A stretch of 64,000 nt of DNA from the NCBI GenBank assembly GCA_964106915.2, contig OZ066919.1; one strand, 5' to 3'. Positions 35,901-50,900 of this stretch are shown piece after piece. The notes under the pieces were generated by a model. It worked only from the letters and a program-made list of their open reading frames with translations. It did no database searches and was not told where the DNA came from. The stretch's first letter is position 1. Each line of letters begins with the position of its first letter. The position numbers were made by a program, and so were the translations under genes. The DNA comes from Podarcis gaigeae (taxonomy: Eukaryota).

Positions 35901-38900
35901 TGTGTCAAATTGTATTAGATGAAAACGTAACTTTCAAGCCCTGCTTGTGCTTCAGCTGCTTTAATGATACTTGGTAAATTAAGTCAATGCTTAATCCAGG
36001 TAAGATGAAGATATTGTGGTTGGGGAAACAGATTCCTCCAGATAGAGATATGCAACTAGTCCTAAGTGGGGTTGTGGACCCCTGAAGAGCTGGCAGTTTG
36101 GTAGTGAACATGGATGATGCTAACTGGGGATGCTCAGGTGCTAGCAGTGGCCAGGAGTGCTTTTTACCAGCTTTGCCTGGCTCACCAGCTGAGGCCCTGT
36201 CTGGAGAGAATGGATCTTACTTCAGTTATCCATGCACACTAGTGACATCCAGGCTAGACTATTATAATGTGGGGCTGCCTTTAACAATAGTTCTGAAGCT
36301 TTGACTGGTACAAAATATGGCTACCCAACTGATGGGTGGCCAGGTAGCTAAAGCATATTACACCTGTGTTGTACCTCTTGCACTAGTTACCAGAGTTAAC
36401 TAATTTACTAGGCTTAATTTAAAATGTTGCTCATATATTGCATTGTCCTATTGATATCGCTTGAAAACCTTGGTTGCAGCAAGCCAACTGATTTGGGAGG
36501 GGGGACAAAACAAAACTGGAAGTCTCAAGGAACGTTAGAGGAATGGAAAAGCAATGTGGTCTCTGTCATTGGCAGAAAATCTTACTAAACAAGTGTTAAT
36601 AGGGTGGTGCAGGCAGTTCTGCCACACAGGGTGCTGAGCCGAGGGAGTGCAAAATTGAGAAGATCCATTTGGGGGTTCTAATTTTTGGCCTTGCACAGGG
36701 CACCATATTACGAAAGATTACTGAAGTCTACCCTTGATGGCTACCCTTATGTGCTTATGAGGCAGCCATCTTTTTTCTTTATCATGTTCCTAATAGGCTA
36801 CTTTTTTAAGAGTTGAAGGTAATATTGGAGGCATTGCTTCTCATTCATTTCTTTTGTCCTACTGCAATCTTTCATCAAACTAATTTTGCAATTTTATGTT
36901 GGCTCGTTTTGAAGCACCCCAAAGAGAATGTGCTAAAAATACAGCGTGCAGCGATGCTTCCATCATATCACCTTCAGCTCTCTGAAAATATCACCTGTCG
37001 CCAGCCAGTTTTCCAGTGTGTTGGTAGAGGAGAAGCTAATCTTTTTACCTTCTGTCACATTGAGAGCTTCCTTGATTGACTGAAAGGGGTGTGTAATTGA
37101 AGTTAAGCATTTCTAATATGCTTAACTTGCAAGCAATTGGCACATTGTATGTAAACCGGATTTTGTTTCCACTGAGGCATGTTCATGCTTCATTTGTTGC
37201 ACCCAGTCCACATACCATTTTGCCAAAATTGGCATCTGTTGTGCAAGCATAGAAATTGCAGTACATTTTTTCCTGGGAAAATAGAATACTTTTACTTGTA
37301 CCTATATTTATTGCTCTTGGGATGCTTTGTAAAATGTTTTTGTACATGTGCAACACGTGTTGAATTTTTGTGACAATGACGCTGTTAACACCATTCCCAG
37401 TGCCCGCCTTATATTCTGAACATTTTTAAAGCTTTTTCTTATGCCTAATAGACTTTGCCTGTTATCATTGTCCAGATTCATATGAGCTAGAAAGTCTAAT
37501 TTTAAATTGTAGTGCATGTTGGTAAGGTTACCTATGGGCATTTTATAATCTTTTTTGTCCAATTTTGTATTTTCCTTTCCAATTTTTATTTATTTATTAT
37601 TTTTGGATGTGGGGGAGGTTCTGTTCGCTTTTACACCATAATGGACATTTGGGCATTTTTCTTTCTGATGGAGGACAATGGCAACAATGCTTCCTTTCCA
37701 TCCACTTTGAATGGACAGGGTACTGTGCTATTGAATTGAAAATACGTTTTCAGAAATATTGTGCAAAGTTTAAAATACACTTGGGGTCATGCTTTGACTA
37801 TGCATCAAGTTCATTCATAAATTAGCCATTTTTTTCAGGGGGAATAGTTAACTTAATTTTGTTAAGTAACCAGCTCCATCAAAGCTTTAAAAGGCAAATG
37901 TTTGACACATTGAAAGGCTTTCTATACTACAGTACCTAAATTGTCTTGCCTTTTTCAACCATTGTAGATTTAAAAGGGAACAGAGTTACTGGGCAGGAGT
38001 GCATTCTACTCCATTCTCTTGTTATGTTAGTATTGAAAAACGCCACATAGTTAGTATATGTTGAGTGTTTAATCGTCTGTTTGCTTAGCTGATGCTAACA
38101 GGCTGCATTTTATTGAATGCTAGTCTTTTGAAAATCTTTCTGTGGATTCCGGGGGATCACTGCACGAAAAGGATGACGTACAAGGCACAGGTAAGCATTA
38201 CATACAGTGTTTTTGGTCTCTGTTATGTTTTTAGACATGTAGAAATAATCAAATTTTAAAATTTTCTTTCTTTTCTTTTTTTACTATGGGGGAAACTATT
38301 GGTATTTAACAGAAGTGTGTTTAGAACTGAAGTTAGCCCCATTGAAATCACAAAACCTCTGTGTTATTGGAAGTTGTAGCATGAACTTCAGCTATTTATA
38401 CATTTTTTTCCTGTTTAGTTCATTACAGAAGAAAGTTTTATGTTGGCCATATGATTTGTTAAGATTTAATTCTGTGACCCTTTAATTTGTTCTAAAAGCC
38501 CTGTCAGTTCAATTTAGTGTCAACTAGCATTTAAAGAGAATCTCAAGATCAGAGCTGCTTTAGTCTCCACAGTTGGCTGATACAAGCTGTGCTGTTGCTG
38601 TGTGGTCATGTCTAAAATTCACTTTTTTGCATTTGACATTTTATTTTCAGGGCACCTTAGAGCTGAAGAGATTGATAGTGTTCTCCTAAGGAACGATAAT
38701 GGAATTGAATCAGCTCTGTCCTATGCTAAGGCATGGTCAAAATACACGAAGGATATAGTTGCATGGGTAGAGAAAAAGCTTAACTTGGGTGAGTGGTTCT
38801 TTCTGGCACCTAATGAGCTTTGTCATGATGGAATTAAATCTGTTGTCAGGATTGTGCTACAGACTGTCAGTAATGTGATTTCTAAATTAGTAGCTGTTCA

Positions 38901-41900
38901 CTGAAATGAATGGAACTGTTGCCTGTTTCCTGTGACTGAAATATTTGTAGCAAAATAGTGTCTGTGTACTGTTAAATTAAGACTACAGAGAAGTTTATGC
39001 TTGCTCTTACTGCTCTCATTCACTACGTGAAACCGGTCTTCCTTCCCTACAGAAATGGAATGTGCTAAAAGCCTGGCAAAAATGGCAGAAACAACTAAAG
39101 CTATTGTTGGCCCTCAGGTGAGTGTTCACTTAATAAAAATGCACTGTTAATAACACACACTTCTGTTGATTATGGAAGTTCCACTGAATTCTTCTTTGCT
39201 GTTTCCTTTATTTGTAGTTTTTTCTATTTAAATTCTGATGAATATTCTTTTGGCTTTTTTTTTGCTACTTGAAAGTAAGAAAAATAAAGCAAACATTTTT
39301 CTTTTGTTTTACAATATTTTATGCATTGTTACAAGTGCAACTCTGGAACTAGGTTTTTTTTAACTGAACATTTTGTCTTAATAGAATGAAGGTTTACATA
39401 AGGGTATTGATGTAATATAACAACTTAATTTTGTCACGGATCTGTATAAAGCACTTTTCCCACTTAAACTAGTGGGAGAATTTGACCTAGAAGGATACTC
39501 TACTAATTTACATGTTTTGGCTTACAGGATTACATGCCATTCCAATCAATATTCATAAATGCATTCCAAAATGATGTAGAGAACAGTCAGCTCTGGCAAC
39601 AAACGGCATCAGCTCTCCAAACTAATAAATTTGTTCAGGTAAAACCAATTCTATTTAAAAGCATTTTTACATGCATAGCTCACAGGCATATATATTTTAG
39701 TCATTGACATTTCCTTACACAGTCATTGGATTTCTCTCATGTAGCCACTCCTTGGAAGGAAAAGCGAACTGGATAAACAAAGGAAGGAGATCAAGGAGCT
39801 TTGGCAACGAGAACAAAAGAAAATGGTTGGTATATTTGAACATAATATATTGCGGGGGGGGGGGCATTCAGGGATGTCCATCTGCTAGCACAATGGAAAT
39901 CTTCTTCCCCCAACATCCCCCTGTGTTCCCCAAAATCTGCTTTGTAGGTTTGGGGAACTTGTGGAGCTGATTTAGGGAGGCGCAGGAGGAGAAGCCCCAT
40001 TGCATGAGAAGACTTCACTCATACTATGTGGGGCATCACCCTTTGTTTCAGATAGAAATTCTAAACTTCCAAACTTGCCTGCAGAGCATACAATATAGGC
40101 ATTCAGCATACATTACTTACTGTAATTCATTGAAAAAGTTTACATATTTTAAAAAAGAAAAACCCACTAGTTACAATTTTCTTCACATTTATGGCATAAA
40201 GGCCACCAGTTCCTATGCTTTCCCATACTCCCATTCCCACAGCTCAGTGTCATGATGTTGATGATGATGATGATGATTAACAAGCTTTGAGTTAGAATAT
40301 AATGTGTCGCATTTCACTATTCTACAACATGGAAACTGCTAATATTGAGATGCTTTCTTTTGGAATGAGCAGCAGGAACTGGAATCCACCGTTAAAAAAG
40401 CAAAGCTATTATATCTTCAGCGGCAAGATGAATATGAAAAGGCAAAATCATCAACTGTTCGTGCTGAAGAGGAGCATCTGACCTCCAATGGGGGTATTAT
40501 TAAAGATGTTAGTAAACTTGAGAAAAAACGAAAACTTGAAGAGGAGGCTCTCCTAAAGGTAAGAAAACTTCTTTAGATATGTTAGCAATGAAATGCAGTG
40601 TTACACTAGTGATATGAATATGTGATTCATAGGACATGTTGGCTGGTACTTATGAAATTATAAAGTGCTTTTATTGTGGACTGCTAAAGGTAGGGTTTCT
40701 TCAGGTATTTTAATAGGAAGTTTCTTCACCATCACTCATTCTTTACATGTTTAATTTGTTGTAGGCTGAAGAAGCCAATGAACATTTCAAAGCCAGCATG
40801 GCTGAAGTTGAAGAAAAACGAAATGATCTAGAAAATTTCAAAAGTGATGTCTTAACCCAGCTACGGGAACTTGTTTATCAGTGTGACCTCACACTTAAAG
40901 CTGTAAGAATGTGTTCCTTGTGTTCTAGACTAGAAGAAAATCATTATTGTTGGAATATCATGTGTGAAAATGATTTGATATATATCTCTGAAGCATTATG
41001 GCCAACACTGCTGGTATATTGACTAAAGCAATCATATTAGTTTTATTTGGGCCAGCCTATAAGCTGTGGTGTAATAGTAGATCATGAACAACCCATGCTT
41101 CTTCTACATTTATTGTTTTAGCACAAACCATAGTTTGCCAAGCTGCTTGAATTAGAACGCTGTGCTTAGTGTTCGGTCTCCAACCCAAGATTGGAAACCC
41201 ACTTCAAACCATGGTTTCATATTCTGGTTTGGAAGACTCGGCAATTATAGCATGCCAGTTCAGATGCCCTGACAAAATCATGGTTAATGCTAAACAGGAA
41301 ACTGATAGGAAAGCCATGCAGAGAGGGGAAACAGGCAAGTCATTGCTCATCATCCATACCCGTGGTTTGCAGAACTGTCTGAATGGTGTCTCTATGATTG
41401 TTTCATTCAGTATATTAGTAATTTTTAAAAGTAGTCTGGAGAACTATCTAAACAGAGCCACTTGCCTAGTTCAGAGGTAATGGGGAACAATGGTTTTCCA
41501 CAGTGCTGAAAGAGCTGCAGCAACCCTTTGTCTTGTGCACCCCCTGCTCTCTGCTTTTCCCACTGTGAGTCGGAGATCAGAAATGCCAGATTCATTGGTT
41601 TTTCTTTATGTGCATTGGTACTAAGTAGAGAATCTCTTCATGTTCCTTTATCTTGAAACAACAGTGAGCCAACATTCAGAGCCTTACCTCATAAAGTGGC
41701 AAGTGGGGGGAAATACAGCTGCAGCTTTGGCCTGCCTTACCTTTGACTTAAATCTTCTGTGAATTGATTGATAATAGTTTGTAGTAGATTAAATAGAATA
41801 CTATGTTCCTAGCACCCCATTTTTGAAGTCTATCCAGAACTGAGTGGTTTCCTGGTACTATGATGTCAAGCACTCTGAATTGCTAAATAGTGCTGCAAAA

Positions 41901-44900
41901 CATCTCATGAAACTAGACAAGCTTCACACAACATGTGGCAAAAGATGTTTGTGAATGGTTTGTCCATGAAGTTATTTATTTCATAAATTGGAATATCTAT
42001 CTAGATAACATAAGTTTCCACAGCTTAATTATAGCAAGCCATTCATAGAAGGCAGACAAAAGGAAGACAAGCAGAAGAGTTCATGAGGTTGTGTATTAGT
42101 ATAAAGTGTCCATTTGTCTTTGGGAAGAAAGGCCTAGAATCTTAGATGATAAATCTGTTTTGTATACATACTTGCTATTTAACTTTAGTGGATGAACTGT
42201 ACTATGATGCATTCTGTCTGTTAAGACATGCATCAACTTATGTTGAATTGAAGGACACAGCTTTTTTGTAAATGTGATACCGAAATGGAAGGGCATTAAA
42301 TTTTAGCATTAAATTTGTTCTGCAGCTATGCCTTGCATATTTATACTTAACTTTATAATAAATGGGGGGCAACCTAAGCAGCATCTTAGATGAGAGGCTG
42401 GTCCATATCACATTTCTAAATATGGAAGCTTGAGGCTTCTAGTCAGACTGCTGTGTACCAACTACAAACACTGCAATTTGTTTATATTCTCTCTTCAGAT
42501 TTCTGAATACCGAGAGACTTAGTTTTTCAACATTTTATAGTTTTCTTTCTTTTTTTGGTCTTGCTGATTAAGTAAAGTTTCCAAAAAACATTGGTTTCTA
42601 TCTAAACCAATTCTTTCATGAGTGAAATGCAGTTTCACTTGTGCAAAGTGGCTTCTGTGAGTTCTACCAGTTGTTCTTCGCATTACAGCTCCCTGTGCCT
42701 ACATCACATGCTATGCTAGAGGGTCTCCCAAACCCTAGGAAGGGTTTTTTCAGGCATTTAGGGGGCTTAAGCAAGCTTTGGTGGGAACAACCTGTTGTGT
42801 AAGCAGAATTACACTCATACTTCTTTGGATCCAAACCCAGTACCACTACAGGCAATCAAAATTCAGACTTTCACTGACTTCTATCCATCAGTTTCACAAA
42901 ACAGAGATTGGTTTAACTATAAATACATCTTGCATCCACATGCTTTCTTGAAACCTAAGTATACTGACAGAAAGGAAATGGAGAAGTTTAAGAAAAGTTG
43001 AGCAAACTATGACAGAAAGCTGTAATTGTGATAGGTGACATACAGGCTAGTTGTTGTTTTTTAATACATGGAGAAAAATCATTTGTGACCTATTTTTGTA
43101 AGTTTTAAGAGATGCAGGGAATATTTCAAACCTTTGTTTCTTGAAATAATTCTATTTCAAATATCTTTTTGTTCCACCCAGGCAACAGTTAACCTATTCC
43201 AGATGCAGCATGCCCAGGTTGTGTCTCTACCAGTTAACTGTCAGTCCCTCTGTGAGAGTGCCAAGCTTTATGACCCAGGACAGAAGTTCTCAGAGTTTGT
43301 GAAGAATTTGCCAAAAGATGATGTTCCCATTGAATCAGGTTCCTTTGAAACTCAGAGCTCCCAGGTTGGAGGGTGAGAGCTCAGATACCATCTTCGCTTA
43401 CTTGGCAGCAAATGTGAACAAAATGCTAGAGGAATGTAGATAGAAAATAAAAGAGAGAAAGAACTTGTTACTTTAATAAGTCAGGCATTGTTGAAAAATG
43501 AATGGAAATGGGTCCTAAAAGACAGGTGACTTTTCATAGTGTAGAGCAGAGTTTAGTATTTGTTGTTGTTTTTTGCTGAGGATATTTTTTTCCATTTAGC
43601 CAAAAAAAGAAAGACATGGAGAAGGTACCTCAGCTAGCACAAGTTCTTGGCTCTCACTTAAGTTTGTTGTCCAGCCATTTGCGGCAACAGTTGATGCTTA
43701 TCACTATGTCTATTCTTGTTGCTGAGCACGAGAATTTGGGACAAGTGGGACTTGCAACAAAAAATACTGCAGCATGAAAAATTCCTGCTCAGGATACTGC
43801 ATTCTGTTACATCCTCTCTCCCCATTTTCCAGTCGTCCTCCTCCCACCAGAAAGTCAGCATTCTATGGCTGTTGAAGATGCTCAGTCCTCATTGAGATGT
43901 TTTGGTGGTTCACCCCTAAAGGCTACTTTGTCTTAAAAAATATTGTATATTAAACCTCAGGGTTTCCAGAAGTCTGCTGATAGCCTCCTCTTTTGAGCAT
44001 GGGTGGTGCCATTTAGATTACATAAGCAACGTTCCCTGTTTGAGTATTGGAAATAAGAGGGTAGAATGATGGAAGCAGTATTCAAAGTTAGGCCTCTGGG
44101 CTCTTATACTGCTTAACCTCTGCAATACATTCATAAAAAGCCTGGAAATGTTTTATTTATAAAAACTTTTTTTGCAACATTTAATATCAGTATTAAGTCA
44201 GCTTTGGAACTTGATTAAATTCTCATTTTATGTTTTCCGTTTCAAAAAAGCTGAATATAAGAAAATGTAACTCTTTCAAAAGTTCTTAACTTAAAGCTTG
44301 AGGTAGTAATAGCCAAGAAATTAAAAGTTAGTCTTGGGATACTTGTCTGTAGACTTCCTGCCTGTCATTAATTTGTTTTAAATCTATGCTCCAACATTTC
44401 CAGAGATAAAAGGGGCTTTCACATGCACTTCAACTAAGTCATCCAAAGAAAGCACCTATTTTAGTCTTTTGTTTTGAGCTCTCTCGTGATAAATTACTAT
44501 TATGATAGATAACTAAGTTGTTCAGGCTATTACTTAGGGAGACATGGGCAGCTTCTGTTGTGCTGAGAGGAGAAAAGCTTATTAAGCATAGACTTCCTGC
44601 TGCTGAACATGACTAATAAGCTCTTTCTGTATTTGGATGTTGTGGATTTTTTTTATTATTATCTAAAATTAGGGTGCAAATATAAGAATGCAGTGGAAGT
44701 TGCATTTGACAACTTAATTACAAAAGTCCTGTGCAGTATTGGTATGCCTTACACCTCAACTGCAAACTGAATCAATAAACTCTGCTGATGGATAAATGCT
44801 GTAAGCACCAAAAGCTTACATTTGAAAATAAAATAGTGGATGAAACAAATTTCATCCTACCACAGAGAGTCCCACAACTAACTAATAAATATTATATGCC

Positions 44901-47900
44901 CTTGTTCTTTGTTCAAACACATACACTCACTTCATTTCAAAACAAGGCAAAAAAAGCACAAAATCCAACTCAGGACATGCTCTAGTTGGACTAACCTGTC
45001 CCCTCCATCTACTATCTACTGTCCTGTGGGAACGATTCAGGAGATGGGGGCAGGCAAAGAGCCTTGGAGCCTGCTAGGGGGTGGATATTTCCAAAAATAA
45101 AAATGTGTTTTCCTCTCCCCAGGGTTTTCAGTAAACGATCAAACAATGTCCATGCATCACAAGGAAATTTATCCCAGTGCTCAGGAGATTTTCCCGCTCA
45201 GTTACTAGAAGACATCACAAGTCCAAGCTGTCATCGATCTCAAAAGATTGGAGAAAAAAGATCATCAAGCACCACAGATGTCTCTGGTAATATTTTAGTA
45301 GGTTTCTAAATCTTCATGGTAAAGTAGTCTTCCTTTAAAGGCCACTACAGTAACACATTGCCAGTACTCAGGTGGTTATTGTAATAAACAAAAGATCATA
45401 ATCAAATAAAAACTTTTTAGGTTGTTGGGGTTTTGCTTTCTCTTTTGTTTTATTTTTCACTGATTTTTTATTTTAACAGTACTTATTTTGGCAAACCAGA
45501 TAAAATATGACTAGAAGCTGAATAAGTTTGTTCTGCTTCCAGCACAAACCAAGCAGCAAAAGTAGAAAATTGTTGAAATACTTGTAATTTAATAGTACAA
45601 GGTTGACTTTAATATTTTATTTTACCATTTGAGTTCATTCTTTTTGTTTTCTTACAGCTGTGCGTGGCCCCCCACCATTCAGATCCTGGTCAGTTGGTAA
45701 CCAGAGTGGAGGAATGTGCAGTGATTCTGAAAGTGCGGGAGGAAGCAGTGAATCACGGTCTGTAGACTCTCCATCTGCAAGCCCAGGTACAGAGAATATT
45801 AATTTCAAACACTAATAAATAGTATCTATTGGATGAAATTTCCAGTTTCAGCAGCAGTGGGCAGGGGAAGGCATAACTGGAGTGGACTGACAGACTACCA
45901 TCTGGGGCCGAGGCTAGATGTTTGGCCCCTGTCCTCCATTTTAGTTGCCCCACTCTCTGATCTAGTAGTGCTGTTGTTGAAGGCCAGTCCAGTCCACGCT
46001 GATCATGTGTAGCCACAATTTTATCATGACATAGTGTGCATAACCAAAACTGGGATGGGTAAGCTGGGTGGCCTGGCCTGACTTAGCTGTGCCTATCTTG
46101 GTAGTCAATACAGCACCAGGCTTGACTGTGGGGGTCAAGTGGTGGTGTTGCTATTATCCATAGAAGCACCATCTCTTTTCCCAGAAAGCTTCATTTTCTT
46201 GGGATGGACTTAGAGAGTCTGCATTGGTTTGGGGTTAGAGAAATGGACTGGGGGTGCTTCTAATTTATTAATTACCCTGTTACCCAGCAGCATCTCTGAG
46301 TTGGCTGTGATGGTCTCTGGTGTGGCGTTGGAGGACCCAGGGACAATAGACTTGGGTGACAATATCCACAGAGACTGCAGTTGGGCCAGCTTGGGACTTC
46401 ATGGTCTTGGTGACAGCCATGGGGCCGTGTCAACTGGTCATCAGTCCAGCACATTACGCAGGGCACAACCTTGAAGTTGTTTTTACCGCCAAGTAATATA
46501 AGGGATGGACCATAGATTGGGTGGTATGTGTGTGTGTAACCTTGTCATAGTTGAACCATTATCTGGTAAAGTTCAAACTAGTGGTGACAGTTTCTCTCCC
46601 TGTAAGGGTGGTGGGCTCGTTCGGATGGCCCACCCTCAGAGGCTGATGTAACCTGAGGAGTTCCTGAATGCTCTGGAAGAATTTTTGGTATTCTGGGGAG
46701 CTTTGGGCTATGGAAAATCACGTGAAGACTAAAGTGCAAGTGGGGCAAGTCTCATTCTGAATCCAACTGAACACTGGCTAGTGCTCATAATCATGCCTAC
46801 TATGTGGCAATGCAGATTGCGAAGAATGCTAATTTTGTAGCTTGCGTTACCTCCTCTAGTAGCTGGTTGACAGTTTTATTGTGAACTGCCTGAAAGTTAC
46901 TGACTCCCATTGTGGGTCTGCTGTGACCAACTGACTACACCCTTTGAGGATAAAGTCACATGGCTTTCGAGTGAACTTGACTCTTCATTTGTCGCAATTC
47001 CGGATGAAGTACCCAATATGTTGTGGGATCAGTTTCAGGTTATGCAGGCAGCTGATGTGGACAAGGTGCTGATGGTCACACACCCAACCACATGCCCTGT
47101 CCCACCTGGCATATTAAATATAGGAGATGGAGTTGCAAGAGGTCATACTTTCTGCCTTGAATGAATTGCGGGTGTGGCCTCTCCTATAGAAACCAGCCCT
47201 GGACCTCTTGGACTAGAATAACTATCAACCAGCTGCAAATACCCCCTTTGGGGATGGGGAATAGTGGAGAGAGTTGTGGTAGGGTATCACCTAGCATTCT
47301 TGGATGACAGATAGTTTAGATTTGTTTCAATCTGGGTTCAGACCTGGTCATAGGACTGAATTTCCCTAACAGATGACCTTACAGAGAGCTGGACAAGGAG
47401 AGTTTGCCCTTTCTCTTGCTTCTTGATCTTTCTGTGGCTTTTGATACCACCTACCATAGGAATAGGGGGCACTGTGATACAGTGGTTTCTGTCCTACCTA
47501 TGAGACAGAGTCCAGAGAGTAGCACTGAGATAGTGGGATTTTTTAGCCCCTGGTGTTTATGGCTTAGTCAAATTATAATAATCTTTTGAATGCCTTTATA
47601 TACTTGTTTTTAACTGCTTTTGTAAAGAATTTCAATGTTTTATTTCATATATTTTGTAAACTACTTAGAGGTTTTCTTACATCCAAGCAGTATATAATTT
47701 AAAAATAAATATATAGATAGAATTAAATAGGCGGCTTCTTTTAAAATCTAAAAAAAGCCTTGCCTCTTTCATTAGGGGACTTTAAAAGAAGGCTTCCCCG
47801 GACACCATCTACTGGTACCATGTCATCTGCGGATGATCTTGATGAAAGAGAACCACCTTCACCTTCAGACTCTGGTAATGTATCTTCATAATTGAATTAA

Positions 47901-50900
47901 TAATTTGCTGCAAGTAGGCTTCATGGTATTAATCATATTTGGATGCCCTTCCCTGAGTTTTGTTAGAAGAGAGTAGGGAACCAGAGATAATTGGAATGTT
48001 TGCCTCGTTGGATCAAAGAAGTAGATTAGCGTATCCTCTCAGCTTAACATACACTAAGAACTGGAACTCTTTTCTCCAGTTTAGAAAAATTTAGGCTTAA
48101 CTGCTTAGTTATAATGCCAATGTTTCTGCTAAATGCCTGCTTGATAGCAGAGTGGAAAGTAGTAAGCAGCTTCTCTTCTGGCTTGCATGATGCATTGGCA
48201 GGAAACTTCAAAGCCCACCATATGTTTGAGCTTGTAGAGATGCATGACTGGACAAAGGTTTTTTTTTTTTTTTTTTCAAAAACAGAAGTACAAGATTGGG
48301 AGCTATTCCATATAATTATTAAATGATTCAAATTGTTCCTCAGCCCTTCTAAGGCTGCAATCTTCTACATGCATGCTCAGGATTATGGTCTCATGTTAAG
48401 GCCTCATTTCAGAGTATCTGAATGGAAACATGCAAATATATTAGGAGGTAGAAAAGTGTATGTGTGTGTGTGTGTACTCACACAAAGATGTCTTTTTTAT
48501 TTCCCTTGGTACACTTTTTTAAATATACAAGTCAGAGCTAGTGCTGTACAGTCAACGAGGCCCCACTCACCTGTCAAAATGGCCCACAGGCAAGCCTGTG
48601 TATTGTATATTCTTACAATAGTGACCCCTGGGTGTAGTTTTATGTAACCAATAAACATATTTCAGTTTATAAAGAACTTGTTTTTCTATTATGCCATCCC
48701 CCCCTTAGTACATTAAAGAGCTAATAACAGAATTTGTGTTCTAAGGTTTGAATGATCTAGCATCTGAAATGACCAGTTCACCTGGACCTTTTCGAAACAC
48801 GATTCTATCTAAGGCAGCACAAACCCACAAACTGCGGAAGTTGAGGGCTCCATCTAAATGCAGAGAATGTGATAGTCTGGTGGTATTTCATGGAGCAGAG
48901 TGTGAAGAGGTAAGAAATTCAAGCATTGTTTGGCTTCCTTGCGGGAGGCTGTGTTGCTGCAATCAGATCATGTGAAAATTTTGCTCTCTGTAGGTTAAAG
49001 GGCTTCTTTCACTATGAGGTGCTCTGGAGATGTGAGGTAACTGATTTGAAGCAGCCAGTGCTGGTGTCAAGGCATTTTGCGCCTTAGATAAACTCCCAAG
49101 TTGTTGCTCCCCTCTTCACTCCTGACCAATTGAATGGCTCAAAGCCCCCCCCCCCAAAAAAAAACTCTGCTAGGTTATCCAGGCTTCAACCTGGAGCTCA
49201 TTGAGACTAAGACCCAAACTACATGTTAAATGGGAAGTCCATTATAGGTTCTTGTGATTTTTAAAAAATGCAGCTTTGGGGGTTGCCAAGTGGATTGAAG
49301 TAGTGACATGTTTTCCTGTGTAGAGATAAGCACTATGTGAAGACAAAATGTCGAGGACAACACAAATGCCGGTAAAGTTTATACATAAGTCAACTGGAAA
49401 CTTGTTCACCATTTGGCCCTTGCCCATCTTGGTTGATTAAGGCTGCATGAGCAAAACTGAGCCCTCTCCTTATTGTCGTGATTAACGAAGCTTTGGAAGA
49501 GAGGTCAATGCTTGTATTTTGGATCAGCCCCACTTTTAAGAGCCTATTGGACTCAGCCGATCTAAAAATTATTTCCCCTTTTAAGTTTTAGGACAAGATG
49601 CTATTGCTCTGCTATCATTATGAACAGGGTTTGAAAGGACCTTCATTTCTGTTACATTTCCTCTAGTGTTCACTTGCCTGTCACAAGAAGTGCTTGGAGA
49701 CTTTAGCTATTCAGTGTGGACACAAGAAACTCCATGGAAGACTTCATCTATTTGGAGTTGAGTTTACGCAAGCTGCTAAAAATTCCCCAGATGGCATCCC
49801 CTTCATCATAAAAAAGTGCACCTCTGAAATTGAAAGCCGAGCCCTAAATGTAAAGGTAAATATTCAGTGAATAGATGAATCAACACCCCTGTCTTTAAAA
49901 TAGCTTACATTTTGGTTTTGCAAGTACTTACAACTTTTTCTTATATAAAAAGGGTATATATCGTGTGAATGGAGCCAAATCAAGAGTTGAAAAGCTTTGT
50001 CAAGCTTTTGAAAATGGAAAGGACTTGGTGGAATTATCTGAACTCTATGCACATGACATAAGTAATGTTCTTAAATTATATCTTCGCCAGGTAAATATGC
50101 ATAATTCTCTTGTTTCATCTGACTAGCAAATGAAGTATAAATGGGAGGCTTTCTGTTTTTTAGTCTTTCATATGTCTGAATTTTGAAACACTTGGTGGGA
50201 GGATTCATCTTTGAAGCTGCTGCTTACTTGTTACTTACACCCAGTGGATAGGGAAAAGGGGCAAGGAATACTCCTAAAATGGTTAAACTTTTTTGTCTCT
50301 GAGCCAATGAAATTGCTGCCTACTAATTCTGACGTATTAACCATATAAATGTTAGATTTTTAATAGTTTGTATTAATGCTAGGTTGCAAATTAGCTTCAG
50401 TTTTTTAAAAAAACTAAGCTGTATTTTTGTAGCTTTTAAGTAAAATCAGAAAGTTCCACTGGTGTCAGGTGCTGCACAGCATAGTAGGAGTGTACTTTAA
50501 CCATTTGTTTTAATGGGAGACTTCCTGAACTCCCACCTAGAAGCAGAATACAAATAATATTTGAAAACAAAATAAATGAGAACCTTGAATGCCAGAATAA
50601 ATGTGGATACTTCCTCTTTTTCCTGTATTACTAAAAATGTAGTGGAAATTTGTTGAGGTCTGCTTGCGAAGCTGATTTTTGTGTGACTTGATCCTAGACA
50701 TCTGTTGGAAACTTGTAATTAAGATATTTTGGGCCACTATGAGAAAACACTTGTGTTAAATTGCATTTGTTGTGCCACTAAAGCCAACATCACTAAAATC
50801 AGGTAACAAATTAGACTAGCTGTGGATTTTGGGGAGATTATTTAACAACCTGAGATGTTGAAGCAGGTTGATTCCGCCACCCAAGAAGCATTCTAATCCT

